Origin: Schmidtea polychroa
Lineage: Eukaryota
Assembly (NCBI GenBank): GCA_044892525.1
Contig: CM097885.1
Location: 47,927,727 to 47,988,000 of the forward strand
Direction of reading: 5' to 3'
DNA length: 60,274 bases
In this document: piece after piece, positions 40,243 to 53,087 of the stretch
Layout: every line of letters starts with the position of its first letter
Position numbering within the stretch: the stretch's first letter is position 1
Program-made: the position numbers and the translations under genes
The notes under the pieces: generated by a model
Told to the model about the DNA's origin: nothing
Seen by the model: only the letters and a program-made list of their open reading frames with translations
The model's database searches: none

Positions 40243-41091
40243 AAAGGAAGTCTTAAATGTCTTAAAAAATAGATTTATTCGGTTATCAATTTTCTTTTAA
40301 TTATAATTAATATAGTTAAATTATGGTAAAAAATATAGCTAATTAATTATAAAAAAATTATTGAAATATGGGATCAAAGTAATATCTAAGAGCTTGAATT
40401 TTGATCCTATATATATATATATATATATATATCCTATATAGAATGATAGAAACATTTATTGAAATAAAAAATTTCATACAAACATGCACGATGTACAAAA
40501 TTTCTATAATAAAAAATACGCTCAGTTGTACTATAAATAATTGCACTTGACAATAAATAAGAACCTTTAAATATAAAAAAAGGAATTACGCATGTTTTGT
40601 ACATTATTTTTGATATTTCCATCATAAATTATTCCATACAAACAAATATGTAAGTTTTTTAAGTTACTTTATGTCAGATAAAAATTTCGAATTTGATACC
40701 AAAATCTCTTCTGAATCCCATCATACTACTCTAGAATTATCGAGAAAATAGAGAGAAAAAATATTAAATGATGACGAATTTCATTTTAAACTGCTATTAT
40801 AAATAACAAATAGTTCATTTAGCTCTAAATAATTTACAAATTTAGAGAGATAAACTCAAAAAAGTAAAAATATAAAAAAACTTTTGTTAATATTTACCAA
40901 TTTTTTTTTACCAATAAAATGAAAATATGTGGCGAATAATATAAAAACATCAAATTTAAGTTAAAAATTCTAAAAAATCCAAAAAATAACAAAATTTTGT
41001 CAATTCATAATTTGAAAACTTTTTTATCAGAAATAATGACACTTCTTTTCGTTTCCTCACAAATCTATATTATTGATGTTATTATTCCACG

Positions 41092-42000
41092 CAGTGGCGT
41101 CACTATGGGGGTGCGAGGGATGTGGAACCCACTGAGGAACTCCATCAGAAGGGGTGACACCAAAATGCAAAATATCACTGTCGTTGATTCTATGTCACTC
41201 CATGAAATTAGAATGGCGGCGATGACGCGCATTATTTCCAGAAGCCCACTTCGGCCTTCCTACCCCAGTGCTACCTCTTCTTTTGGTGTGATCTACTTGA
41301 AGAAGTTGATCTTACAAAGCTATACCTTCAGATAAGGGTCATTACTTTGACAAGGTGGTGATAAAGCTAGAGACGCTAAGACTATTTATGTACGAGCAGC
41401 GTAATCATCTAGTGGAGCAGGCAATTGAACAAGCGCTTTGAAAATTAGACCTATATGGAATGTCAGTGGAGAGCAGACCCAGGTTCAAGAAGAGGAAGAC
41501 AGGTAAGAAGACAAGACATGCTGGACTAACTCTAAGATCATACCAAGAACCTTTAAGGAAGTAGCAGCCATGTTTGAGGCTGTTCAACCCAAGAGTTTGA
41601 TATCTGCCACTGAAGAAGGGGTACTGGTCTCTATTCCAAAATTGACCACTTTCTATGATGAGTTATCAGATGAAGATCTTTTATTAGAAATACCAAGGCT
41701 GAGAAGGCAGCAGAGATTGATCTCTAAGAAGCCAAAGACTGGGCAATACTTGCAGTTTTGAAGTTCACAGCTGAATGGGACTTCCTAGAATCTCGCCCAT
41801 ATCTCTCAGTGAGCCTAAAATTATTTCTTACGATCTGTGTGTCTGTGGCTTTAGGTGAGAGGAGTTTTTCAAAGCTAAAGTTTATAAAGAACTATTTGCG
41901 ATCTATCATGGGACAGTCAAGGCTATCTGATCTTGCAATATTATCAATTGAAAGGGATTTGGCGAAAGGAGTTGATTTCGATGAAGTAATTAACAAGTAA
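41092..42000 (+). mobile_element. Deleted hAT element
   Basis: CAGTGGCGTCAC terminus; LFLTICVSVALGERSFSKLKFIKNYLRSIMGQSRLSDLAILSIE dimerization domain. Confidence 0.8.
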
Positions 42001-43627
42001 GTATTCAATGAGTTCTTTTTTGAATGCTATAGTAAATGGTGTTTTTCTCATAAGGCTTTCCACAAATAGAAAAATTGCGATTTTAAATTTTAATTTTAGA
42101 TTTTAGTCATACTATTCGGGAAGTCAAAATATTTGGCGATTTCCGTTATTTAATAAATGTATAAATTAAAAATAACTTACATTTTTTGTGAAAAAAATTT
42201 CTATTAAAATTCAGATGTATAATCGGACAATAATTTAGAATGTGAAATTTCCAAAATGTGATAAAAATCTGGACAATAATTTGTTAGCAGTAATCAATAT
42301 TTTTTGGATGTAAATAATCCCAACGCACTCCATGAAATTTTAAAATTTTGCAACGCGGTTTAGATCTCTGGCATTATGAATGTAGTCAACAAAACCCCTA
42401 GATTTATGTATCCGGATTTTACTGTGTTACTAGATTATAAAATTGTTTATTTGCACTTTTATATATTGAAGATTCATTTAAACTTGTTACTTTTGTAAAT
42501 ATTAACGACAATCACGTTTATACCTACTCGATTTTGAAAATTTCGACCTCATAATCAAGAATTCTGGATATCATGTATAAATATTTTAACTAGAAACTTG
42601 TTTGGATCAGGAGTATTGAAAATGCATATATGAAAAATAAATATTAGGATTTTGTTAACTTTAGTGATAATGTCAATTAGTGAAAACTGTCAATTATTTA
42701 TTTTTAAATAATTTTTAAATTATGGTGCCGAATTCAGTAATTACTGTTATTTTGTTATAACTTTTAATAATGTTCAAAAATTTGATATCTCATAAATTCG
42801 AACTAATTACTGTATTAGCACGAATATAAGATCATAAATTCTAATTCTTTGTAACATATATTTTAAGCTTTGTCTTTGTCAAGTGAATATTCAATTTAAA
42901 ACTAAACTTACATTACTAGATATTTCATAAATATTTTTATGTATATGTTGAGGTTCTCAAATCTCAACTTGATGGTTCCTATATAAATAAGAACACAAAC
43001 ACTGGTTCAATAAAATGTATTTGATTATAACAATTACAGATATAGTTAAAAATAAAATTAACAATCATTTCAAATATACTTCAATTTGTATTGTATAAAT
43101 ATAGAAAATTAGAAATAGAAAATTTGTGAATATCAAAAAAACATCTATATCTTGGCTGATTCATAGTCAAGTTTTTTAATAAACACAATGGCAATTGAAA
43201 AGAAATCAGTGGTGAAAATAGAAAAAAGTTCGTATAATATATATATGCAAATTAACGCGAACATGAAATAATCTACATGTTTTCTCAGTTCGGACAGTCA
43301 TGTCTAAATTAGTGGCCGTTTTGCTATACTTTTCTGCTATTTAGTAAAATATTGCAAGTTACTTATGTATTGTTTTTGATATTTTAGTAAGAATTATCGT
43401 GTTTCTTTAATTGTTTTACTAAGGCTGTATTCAGATTGTTCTAACCTTTGTGTCTTTCTTATTTTAATAGATGGATATTAATTAGCGAGATAAAATTTGA
43501 GTCTGACTAAAAAATCTCGTGATCGCCATTTAAAGAAATTTTTTTATCATATTTCTCATATAAGTTGATGGAGTTTGATTGTTGCCAAAAATAATAGTAA
43601 CCGATTTATATTTCACTTTACTAAGTA

Positions 43628-46203
43628 CACCAATACCTCGTTTTGCGTTTTTTCGAAGTTGCGTCGATGCTGAATTAGTAATAATTTTCACTATGTATCG
43701 TTAGATTTTCGAAGTTGCGTTGTTTTGGGTTTGAGTTTTTAATTTTTTTTTCGAAATTTTTTGAAATTTTCTTTTTTTTTCTAAAAGATGGCACGACTTT
43801 TGTACTAATTGCGCCATGCCATCAAAACTCGGGGATTCCCTTTCTAATTGAAAATCAACGCAATTTTAATACACTTTTATTTTCACTTTGTTTTGCTAAT
43901 TTTAGAGTTCAGTTTGAATTATGTATACATACATACTCTATACATTCCCAAGAGTCAGCGCAAGTACACAGTGGTCATCGCATGACAATCATGTGCTCTT
44001 AAAAGTATGCTTTGTGATAGGTTAAATTTTATTTTAAAAAAATCGTTTGTTGTTCTGATTCAGCCCTGTCCTCAGCGATCACTTGCGTTTGTTTATGTCA
44101 GATGACTCTTGGAAAAAATAGAGTTGTATAATGTGTTGTGCTTTTTTTTAAAAGAGAATAATAAATTTTTATAAATTTTTACGGGATGTTTCTGGTTACA
44201 AAAAAGGTAAATATTTTTCCAATTTATTTATTGGCAGAGTTATATTATTTTTTTTACATACATACACTTGTAATTTCTTTAGCCAAATGAGTGGAAATGT
44301 TGTTGCTGGTGGAATTACCAAAAATAAAAAAAATATTATCAGCTTGGAAACAAAATTAGATATTCTGCGACGATTTGATAAGGGAGAGAAGGCTGTGGAG
44401 ATGGAAAAAAAACTGTCAGAACCATTAGAGATTGAGATGGGGATAAAATAAGAGAGGCTGCTGAATCTGCAACATCATTAGATGCTAAAAAGATGACCCG
44501 TACAAGGAGTGCTTTGATGATCAAAATGTAGTCCTTGCTTTCTATTTGGATTGAAAATCAAGTTGCGCAAAGAATACCATTAAGTAAAATGGTAATTTAG
44601 ACGAAAGCAATAAGCTTATTTTATGACATAAAAAGTAAAGCAGTATTCAACGATAATGCTAGTGGTAGTAATACAGACAAGAATGAAACATTTGAAGCTA
44701 GTCAGGGCTGGTTTGAGAGATTCAAGGTTCGAGCAAATCTGCACAGCATTGCCCTTAAAGGCGAATCAGCTAGCGCTGATATAACTACTGCAGAACGCTA
44801 CCTGACAGAGTTAAAAGTGTTAATTCATGATGATGGCTATGATCCGAAACAAGTCTTTAATGTTGACGAGACTGGATTATTTTGGAAACGTCTACCTAAC
44901 AGAACTTTCATATCTAAAACAGAAAAATCTGCGCCAGGATTTAAAGCTTGCAAGGATAGACTGACTCTTCTTCTTGGTGGTAATGCAAATGGTGATTTCA
45001 AATTTAAACCATTTCTCATTTATCAATCACAAAATCCAAGAACAAAGTATCTACTTCACTGTCCAAAAAAGCATGGATGACGGCATCATTATTTCAAAAC
45101 TGTGTTTCAAATTGTGCTATTCCAGAAATTAAAGCTTATTGCAACAAGGAAAACTTAAACTTCAAGGCTTTGGTCCTAGTAGACAATGCTTCTGGCCACC
45201 CAGTTAATGTTGATGAGCTGTCAGAAAACGTGGAAATTGTATTTTTGTCGCATAATACGACATCAGTTATTCAGCCGATGGATCAGGAAGTAAAACCGAC
45301 TTTTAAAAGTTATTACCTTCGACGAACATTTAAACTTTTTTAAAGTGAGACTGATAGACAAGATAAGCCTACCATGCTAGAATTTTGGAAAAAGTTCAAC
45401 ATTATGAAAGCCATAGAAATTATTTCCGATTCGTGGGAGGAGATTAAACCATCTTGCATGAATGGTGTTTGGCGCAAAATATGGCTTGAATGTCTTCACA
45501 AAATATGAGCTGCAGAAGTTGATGGTACACCAGCTGTTCGTCATGAAATTTTTAATTTAACTAGAGAGTCTAATTTTGAAGGTATGGAGGAGACTGACAT
45601 AAATGAATTGCTAACCTCGCACAACCAAGAATTGTCTAATGAAGAACTATTGCAACTGGAATTGCAATTTGCTAATGAAGAAGATGACAGTAATCGTTCA
45701 ATAGAAATCTCCGAAGAACAAAATTTAACCTCCAAACAAATTTCCAAAGCGATGTGTTTGATTGACGAAGCTATGGAGATTTTTTTAAAAAACGATCCTG
45801 ACAGCGGAAGGAGTTTTAAAGTGTCCCAGGCGGTAGCTACGAATATCAATTGCTACAAGGAAATTTATTTTACGTTGAAAAAAAAGCTGTTCAGCAAACA
45901 TTAGACCAATTTTTTTTGAAAAAAAGCCGACTTACGACAACAGACTCATCAGACAGTGATTAACTTTTATTTTATTTTAATTGAATTTGTTTTTTTTTGT
46001 TTTTTATATGTAAGTAATTAAATTTTATATTATTTTTTTTTAAATGTTTATTATCTTTTTAAAAAGTAGTATTTTCGTAACCCTGGACCCTATCTTCGAT
46101 CTTTACATGGTTTGCTATAGAAAATAATAGTTCACTTTGCGTCGTTTCAATTTTTCTCGTGTTTTTTTGGAACGTAACCACGATGCAAAGTGAGGTATTG
46201 GTG
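43628..46203 (+). mobile_element. Full-length but decayed pogo/Tigger transposon (transposase pseudogene ~44288-45960)
   Basis: TIRs CACCAATACCTC / GAGGTATTGGTG with TA TSD; FEASQGWFERFK, VFNVDETGLFWKRLP, LVDNASGHP and IQPMDQ. Confidence 0.92.
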
Positions 46204-46693
46204 TATTGTCAATTTCAAGGAAATAAAAATTGTAAACATAAAATATCACTTATTATATAAAATAGTGATCAACAAGCTACAAAGAACAAAATTGTAAACA
46301 AGCTAAGTACAAAATATATTTAAAAGTCAAAGTGGTGTTTAAATACAAAATTATTTCAAGGCCAGTAGATGGATATGTCCCATTCAGACCATCTCCCGCT
46401 GCCGAGGAAGAAAATATTAAGAAATATATGCTGATTTTTTTAGGCAACATTTAACAGTTCTTAGGCAATTTATGTTTATGTATTAGAAATACATGGTCAT
46501 TTATATATATTTGTTACATGGCCATTTTCAACCAACATTTGGCAATTATAGTACCTTCATAAGCCCTTCCAAAAACCAGCTAATTGCTGCAACTAGCATT
46601 CCATTTCAAATTCAAATTCAAAATCTATTTAAACTTTGATTCTACAATATAATTTCCTAATCCAATAATATTTTAATATAGTTGGCGATTTTC

Positions 46694-46843
<150 letters not shown>

Positions 46844-47361
46844 CAAAAATTTATTTCATTCAAATTTGAATTAAAAATATTCTTTGAAAATTATTTCACA
46901 AAAATTTGCAATTAAAATTTTTTTAGTTTTTAAAATTCTCAGTGGGCTTCGATTCTTAAAAAATAATCCTATATTATTTTTGATTATTACTCTAATTTAC
47001 TTATTTACTTAATTTTTAATTATATGCAATATTTTCTCATAGAACCTCGATTCTTCAAAATATAACATAAATCTCTGAGACCTAAAAAATACTTAGACTC
47101 TTTTTAACGAGAGCCTAAATATAGTGAAAAAAATTCTGGGAGCGAATTATTTAGACTTTTTAAGCGAGAAAAATATTTAGGCTTTTTAACGAGAGCTGGA
47201 TTCCATATACAAAAATCTAAGAGACCTAAAATACCCCATCAGCATAGTGTGATTTGTGAAAAACCCTGTGTCTTTCTACAGAAATGGAAAAACCTTGTGG
47301 GTTCCTGCAGCAAAGGGAAGAGTTGCAGAGGGCCATTATATACCATATATAATAGTCATTT

Positions 47362-48404
47362 TGTTGAGGTCCGTAAATTAAAATAAATTTAAATGAAATT
47401 TAGGTTGAAAATTTAAATAAAAGTAAGTGAAGAAAAAGACAAATAAAAGTGTGATCATGCACAGAATTGATAGTAAAGGGAAGTGTGATGGAAGCAGTAT
47501 TAGAAAATGCCAAAAGCAATTGCGAAAGGCAAGAATCCGGAAATCCGAGAAAAATCAATAAATTGTAAAATCATCGAAATTGAATTGGGAAAACGGGACA
47601 GGTATAGATTAGCTAATGGTCAATAAGATGATGATCAAGGATTTATCAGGAAATGGTTAGGAAGGGTCGAAAAGCATTCAAATGTGTAAAAACAGAAAAC
47701 GTTAATAAATTAATTAATTGGCTAATAGAAAACCCGAGCTAATGGAGAACCCGAGATATGAAAGAAACCCGAGCTAGGTAAACAAGAAGGAAAGTAAACA
47801 GAAGGAAGATTTGGGCCCATTAGTTTGACACAATGATTAATTGGAAAAGAGCAAAGAGAAGATAGTGCGTGTAGAAAGGCCGGACTGGCCATTAATTATC
47901 TTTGTTCGTTGGACCATTATGGGTGACAGCCGAAGCAGATACGTGGAAGCAAATGTCAAGTGAGAGATTGGCTCGGCAATAACTATTTGTCATCCCGATT
48001 TCGAAGAGTATATAAAGAAGGGAAAAATCAGAGCAAATCGGCATTTTGTCTCAGCTAGGGTTAGAAGAAATCGAGTTTAGGAACAGGTAAAAACGAATTA
48101 AGGAGATTAGGGAAAAGAAGATATAGAATAGGAATACGGAAAGGTGAAAAGAATCAAATCAAACAGAAAAAGAGGAAAACGTGGGTCAAGAGAACCTAAA
48201 GAAATAAAAGATGAATATTATCTTTTGTTAAAGCATCAACTCCGTGCTGAGAATCGGTCAGACGTAACTTTGATTATTGATTGTGAAGTGTTGAGAAAAA
48301 ATTGTAAATTTTGTTATTCCAATATACGTTGGGTAGTTATTGTTTTGATTTAAAGGACAAGAGGAGTCAGAAGTTACCGACTTAAATTAACTGAAAACCC
48401 AACA
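47362..48404 (+). mobile_element. Gypsy-type solo LTR
   Basis: TGTTGAGG...CCCAACA with 4-bp TSD ATTT; TATATAAAG near 48008; 3' end GGAGTCAG...TACCGACTTA shared with the 31564 LTR. Confidence 0.88.
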
Positions 48405-49135
48405 ATTTAAACAAAATCTAAAGTAAATTTATGATTGTAATTTATTTGTTTCAATTAACCATGAATAGCTATAAAAGCTCATTTTATTCTTTAAAACTGT
48501 AGCGTGCTCCTATTGTTATCAAAATTTATTCACTAGTAGAAATTTTGCATATGAGAATCGTTAATATTTATATTTTCACTCTAACTCTAAATTACTTTTA
48601 ATACTGATAATAATTTTGTTTTAAATATATAAAAATATTTATTTTGTTTGGTATATATAAAAATATTGATTTGGTTTATTTTCTTTTTAATTTTTTAAAG
48701 ACATGTAGAAACCTTTGTTCTGGCTGGAACAAACAGTATGGTGTCTTATAGAATGGATATTTAAAAGCTCAATGGAGTTTTTATGTGTTTTTTGTATGCA
48801 AGGACGGTTTATTGCTCTTGAAAAAAGTTTTCAATAAGTTACTAAAAGGATATGTAGGAACATAAAACTAAATTGAATAATATATTTATTGAATGCTGCA
48901 TTTTCGTATAAAGTGTGTCTAGTATTTTCAATAATATAACTTCCAATCTTAACGGCGTACGACCATATGAAGAATAAGCATCTTGATGCGGTTACCATAA
49001 CGAATTCCATATAGAAGTAATCCAGTGGCCTGTTTGACGAGCTGAATTTTTGAATGTTGCAATATTTGTTGTCTTGAATGACGTATCTTCGGAGGAAACA
49101 GACTTCCAGTAAATTGATAAAATCTCATTGTATTA

Positions 49136-49242
49136 ATTTTTGATTTTTAATTAATATTTTGTACTTTAAATTTTTTATTTTGAATTTAGTGTTTTTGTCA
49201 ATTTTCACCTCATTTTTGTGCCTCTCTTGTTGAACCCCAACA
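49136..49242 (-). repeat. Inverted copy of the first ~107 bp of the adjacent LTR
   Basis: Near-perfect reverse complement of 49388-49494, separated by a 145-bp spacer. Confidence 0.9.
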
Positions 49243-49387
49243 TATATATATATATAGGTAGATAGCAATCCATTCTTATTATTATTATTAGTATTATTGT
49301 TATTATTATTGTTATTACTGTATGGTAAATTAGACTTATTATATACATGCAGATTCGAGGTCGAATCTAAATTAAAGGGAGGAGATA

Positions 49388-50054
49388 TGTTGGGGTTCAA
49401 CAAGAGAGGCACAAAAATGAGGTGAAAATTGACAAAAACACCAAATTCAAAATAAAAAATTTAAAGTACAAAATATTAATTAAAAATCAAAAATTTTAAA
49501 AAATGAATATTTTCTGGGAAAAAACTGGTATGGGCGGATGCTAAATAATGAGACGAGTTCAGTTATAATAAAATAAAATCAATGAGGGGTCCCTAAAAGG
49601 AATAAATTACAAAAAACAAAAATTAATTAAAAATTAATTAACTAAACCCGATACAATGGAAAACCCGAGCGAATTGAGAAATCCAATTTTGGGAAGGCAA
49701 TTAATTCAGCCGGAGAAATCCAATTTTGGGAAGGCAATTAATTTAGCCGGAGAAATCCAATTTTGGGAAGGCAATTAATTTAGCCGGATAAAATAAAAGT
49801 AATAAGAGCCGTCAAAGAAAATGAGCCAATTCCCTTAAATTGAATTAGACCTCCAAGAGGAAGCCCGGGGGGAAGTAAGACCAAAAATAATTGGCAAAAA
49901 TAAAGTCAATTACCAAGTGGGTATAAAAGCAACTGGCAAGAAAACAAAACGGCCAGTTGGTCGAACAAAAGAAAGTCGAAGTAACGAGAGCGAAAAGGGA
50001 ATATTAAAGTTGAGATTTGTTGGCAATTTGAAAGGTGCAGACAAAACCTGATTG
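49388..50054 (+). mobile_element. LTR (same family as 31564-32329) interrupted by a Polinton insertion
   Basis: Colinear with the 31564 LTR up to ...ACAAAACCTGATTG, then switches to AGTAGT. Internal 37-bp triplication at ~49676-49787. Confidence 0.88.
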
Positions 50055-50702
50055 AGTAGTGTGGTTATATACCCAACCAAAACAGCCCTCCCAACAAAAC
50101 ATGCCTCCAAATCACTTAAGCTATTAGAAAAACAACCTAAAACTTATACTTTTATAGTATTTTAACCCTATATTTTGAAAACAACCACCCTTAATGACTC
50201 TAACTGTTTTAATCTTTAAAGCCTCAAACTCAAAAGCTTCAAACTAAAAACATAAAGAGAATAGAAAAGAAAATGGTATTATGAAAAAGTTAGAAGGCTA
50301 CTTGAGGATGCCAACTAGCAAGTTGCTAATTGGCTAATTAAAAAAAATAAATGAAATTTTAATCTTGATGTCTTGAAGAATAAAAAATTTTATGAAAATA
50401 GTAAAACTGCTCTGAGAGGACAGTGGTATTTTTTTTTTTTTTTTTTTCACTGTCCTCTCAACAGTTTTTTTGATCCGGATCATTTTTTTTTATTTCAACC
50501 TCTTTCGTTTATCAAATCTCTTCCAATATACAAGCTGGCCAGACTCATACATCAGAATCAATCCGATAATAGCAGCACGCCTTATTATTCGCTTCTTGCT
50601 CACGAAGTCGATTTCAACGGCGTTTTAAGCGTGCTGCTCGAAAGTACAAATGAATTCGAAAGCGAATCCGAAAGAGGTCCGAAAACAACTGAGAAATAAA
50701 TG

Positions 50703-50775
50703 TGCACATTACCGGGATCGATCCGGGGGTGTTCGAAAGACAGGTGGCGATAATTACCGGTTCGCCACCATCACC
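50703..50775 (-). ncRNA. Putative Pol III tRNA-like small RNA gene 1
   Basis: A-box-like TGGCGAACCGG, stem GGTGGCGA/TCGCCACC, T-arm/B-box CCGGATCGATCCCGG. Terminator is weak (TTTATTT). Confidence 0.4.
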
Positions 50776-50944
50776 TGTTTCAATATTTTTTTTTTCATAT
50801 TTATGTTTAAAAAATAAAATAATAAATAAAATAAATAAAATAAAATAAAATAGAATAAAAATAAATAAAATAAAATATAAATCTAAGATACCCACACTAT
50901 TATTTTCAAATTTTTAATATTATTTTATGTTGAAAAAAAACTAA

Positions 50945-51013
50945 CCTCAGATGTGATTTGAACCGCTATCCATTTGAACCACTGTGCCGGTCTAGCCCAC
51001 TGCGCTATCTAGG
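50945..51013 (-). ncRNA. Putative Pol III small RNA gene 2 (VA-RNA/tRNA-like)
   Basis: A box TAGCGCAGTGG, B box GGTTCAAATC, terminal stem CCTAGAT/ATCTGAGG, T8 terminator at 50933-50940. Confidence 0.55.
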
Positions 51014-51113
51014 ATTGGATTTTTGTCATTTTTTATACTGTCACATTATGAAAATAAATATAAAAACATAAAAAATCAAAACAGGATATCCAATAAAAAA
51101 TTTTTTTCTAAAA

Positions 51114-52388
51114 ATGAATTGTAATATTTGTAATAAAGTTTTTAAAAATAAAACTGGATTAATTTCTCACTTAAAATCGAAAGCTCATTTATTAAAAGAA
51201 AACAATCTTAATGATACAAATTCAAAAGTTTGTCCTAAATGTAAAGGAAGATTTCTACATTCTGGATATAATAAACATTTTGAAAATTGTATCGGGAAAA
51301 ATAGAGAAATATTTACATGTTCTCACTGTAACTTTTCAACAAAAGTAAATTTCTATTATTTAGAACATATAAAAGAATGTAAAAATAAAAAACAAAATTC
51401 TGACGATGAGGAATGTCATTCAGAAGGAGAACCTGATCATGTTGAAAGAGAAAAATATAACTGGGATGATTTTAATCATGTAGATGAATTTCAATTAGAA
51501 ATCAATGGACCTATAACTCCTGGAGAATATATAAATAAAAATAAAAAAAATATTAAAAATTCTTTCACTGAAGCTTTAAAAAATTATAAACCGACAAGGT
51601 ATAATGTTATAAAATATAAAATTATAATCAAAGCAAAATACTGGCGAGGAGCAGAAGAAAAGACAACACCTTTAGATGTTGAAATTGGAATACCCTTTAA
51701 ATATTTATTTTCAACTAAAGGATTTGATAAAACCATCAAAGAAATAATTCAAGCAGTAGAAGCAAAACAAGAAGAGGTTGAAAATGAATTAGGAGATTCA
51801 AACTTAGTATTCAACTCTTTCCAAACTTTAGTGATTGATTATTGGAGAGGATTACCACCTAATCCTAAATCTTATATTCCTACACCCTTTAAATCTAAAA
51901 ATGTTATAAACATACAGAATAATGATAACAAATGTTTCGTCTGGTCAATACTTGCACATTTACACCCTCAAGAATCAAACCCTCAAAGAGTTTCAAAATA
52001 CAAACAATATGAAAATGAATTAATATTTCCCAAAGGATTCAAACATCCAATGAAACTAGAAAACATTCCAAAATTTGAAAGTTTAAATAATCTTAAAATT
52101 AATATTTATGAACGTGTTAAAGGGAAACATGTTAATAGCAGAGAAATTATTCCAATTTATATTTCAGATTATGAAGTTAGAGATAATGAACCCCAGGATA
52201 ACACTAGGGAGATATATCTTTTAATCTTGGAACAACAAAATAATCAACATTATGTTTTAATAAAAAACTTTCAAGCTTTTACATCACCAGAGAATCCAAC
52301 TAGTGGAGGAGGAACATGTAAAAGATGTGATAAAGAATTTAAAGATCATAAATTAATGATTCATAGGTTGGCTTTCAACCATAACTGA
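51114..52388 (+). CDS. Zn-finger protein matching the N-terminal part of Polinton protein-primed PolB; exonuclease and polymerase domains absent
   Basis: Three CxxC..H..H/C fingers; SYIPTP...VINIQNNDNKCFVWSILAHLHP...IPKFESLNNLKINIY...QHYVLIKNF, typical of Polinton PolB N-termini. No YxDTDS or KxxxNSxYG motif. Confidence 0.75.
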   Translation: MNCNICNKVFKNKTGLISHLKSKAHLLKENNLNDTNSKVCPKCKGRFLHSGYNKHFENCIGKNREIFTCSHCNFSTKVNFYYLEHIKECKNKKQNSDDEECHSEGEPDHVEREKYNWDDFNHVDEFQLEINGPITPGEYINKNKKNIKNSFTEALKNYKPTRYNVIKYKIIIKAKYWRGAEEKTTPLDVEIGIPFKYLFSTKGFDKTIKEIIQAVEAKQEEVENELGDSNLVFNSFQTLVIDYWRGLPPNPKSYIPTPFKSKNVINIQNNDNKCFVWSILAHLHPQESNPQRVSKYKQYENELIFPKGFKHPMKLENIPKFESLNNLKINIYERVKGKHVNSREIIPIYISDYEVRDNEPQDNTREIYLLILEQQNNQHYVLIKNFQAFTSPENPTSGGGTCKRCDKEFKDHKLMIHRLAFNHN

Positions 52389-52482
52389 AACCAACGATAT
52401 TTAATTTTTTAATAATAAAATGTCGACAATTAATTTAAGCAACTATAGCAACCTGATCTACTTTTTTAAAAATACACCCATT

Positions 52483-53079
52483 TTATAAGTAAGAATTCTT
52501 TAACCATTTTTCTCGAGATGTTTTTTTATTACTTATAACATTAGCCACCATGCCCTCCCTTTTTAATCTTATAACCTCATTTTTTATATCTTGTATTATT
52601 TGATTTGATTTCATTATTTCTTCGTCTGTCAGGATTCCATCTTCCAAAGCTTTTAATTGAAATAAAAATAATTTAGAGATTCCTAATTCTATTGATAAAC
52701 AAACTTCTCTATATAAACTTTTCTTTTTAGAAGTATAAGATAATGAAACTATTTCAGTTAAGAAACCATCAGCCACAGAAATACTTCCAAGTATTACAGG
52801 TGCAAGAGTAACAACTGGTAAAGTTATGGGTAAAATAACTGTTAATATTGCAGATGCAAATCCTAAAGAATAACCTATAACTTTTAAAACTGTATTCCCT
52901 TTATTCCATCTATTTTTAATTTTTTTATAATGCTTTAATAAATCTTGTAAATGTAAGGTTTCTGATTTAAATTCTTTTACTCTCATAATTTCAAGTTCTG
53001 TGGGAGCCGAGGCCTTGGAAGAATAATATCCTGATGATCTCAATTCTGGGTAAATTTTTTCTTCTCTTACTTCTTCCAT
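52483..53079 (-). CDS. Membrane protein of the adintovirus GasderminX-like type
   Basis: Central hydrophobic hairpin followed by a KALEDGILTDEE motif. Confidence 0.6.
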   Translation of the reverse strand: MEEVREEKIYPELRSSGYYSSKASAPTELEIMRVKEFKSETLHLQDLLKHYKKIKNRWNKGNTVLKVIGYSLGFASAILTVILPITLPVVTLAPVILGSISVADGFLTEIVSLSYTSKKKSLYREVCLSIELGISKLFLFQLKALEDGILTDEEIMKSNQIIQDIKNEVIRLKREGMVANVISNKKTSREKWLKNSYL

Positions 53080-53087
53080 TTTAATAA

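Noticed and set aside
48700..48870. Possible last GCLM exon (…LLKGYVGT*)
   Set aside because: Could not be linked by splice phase and the similarity is too weak.
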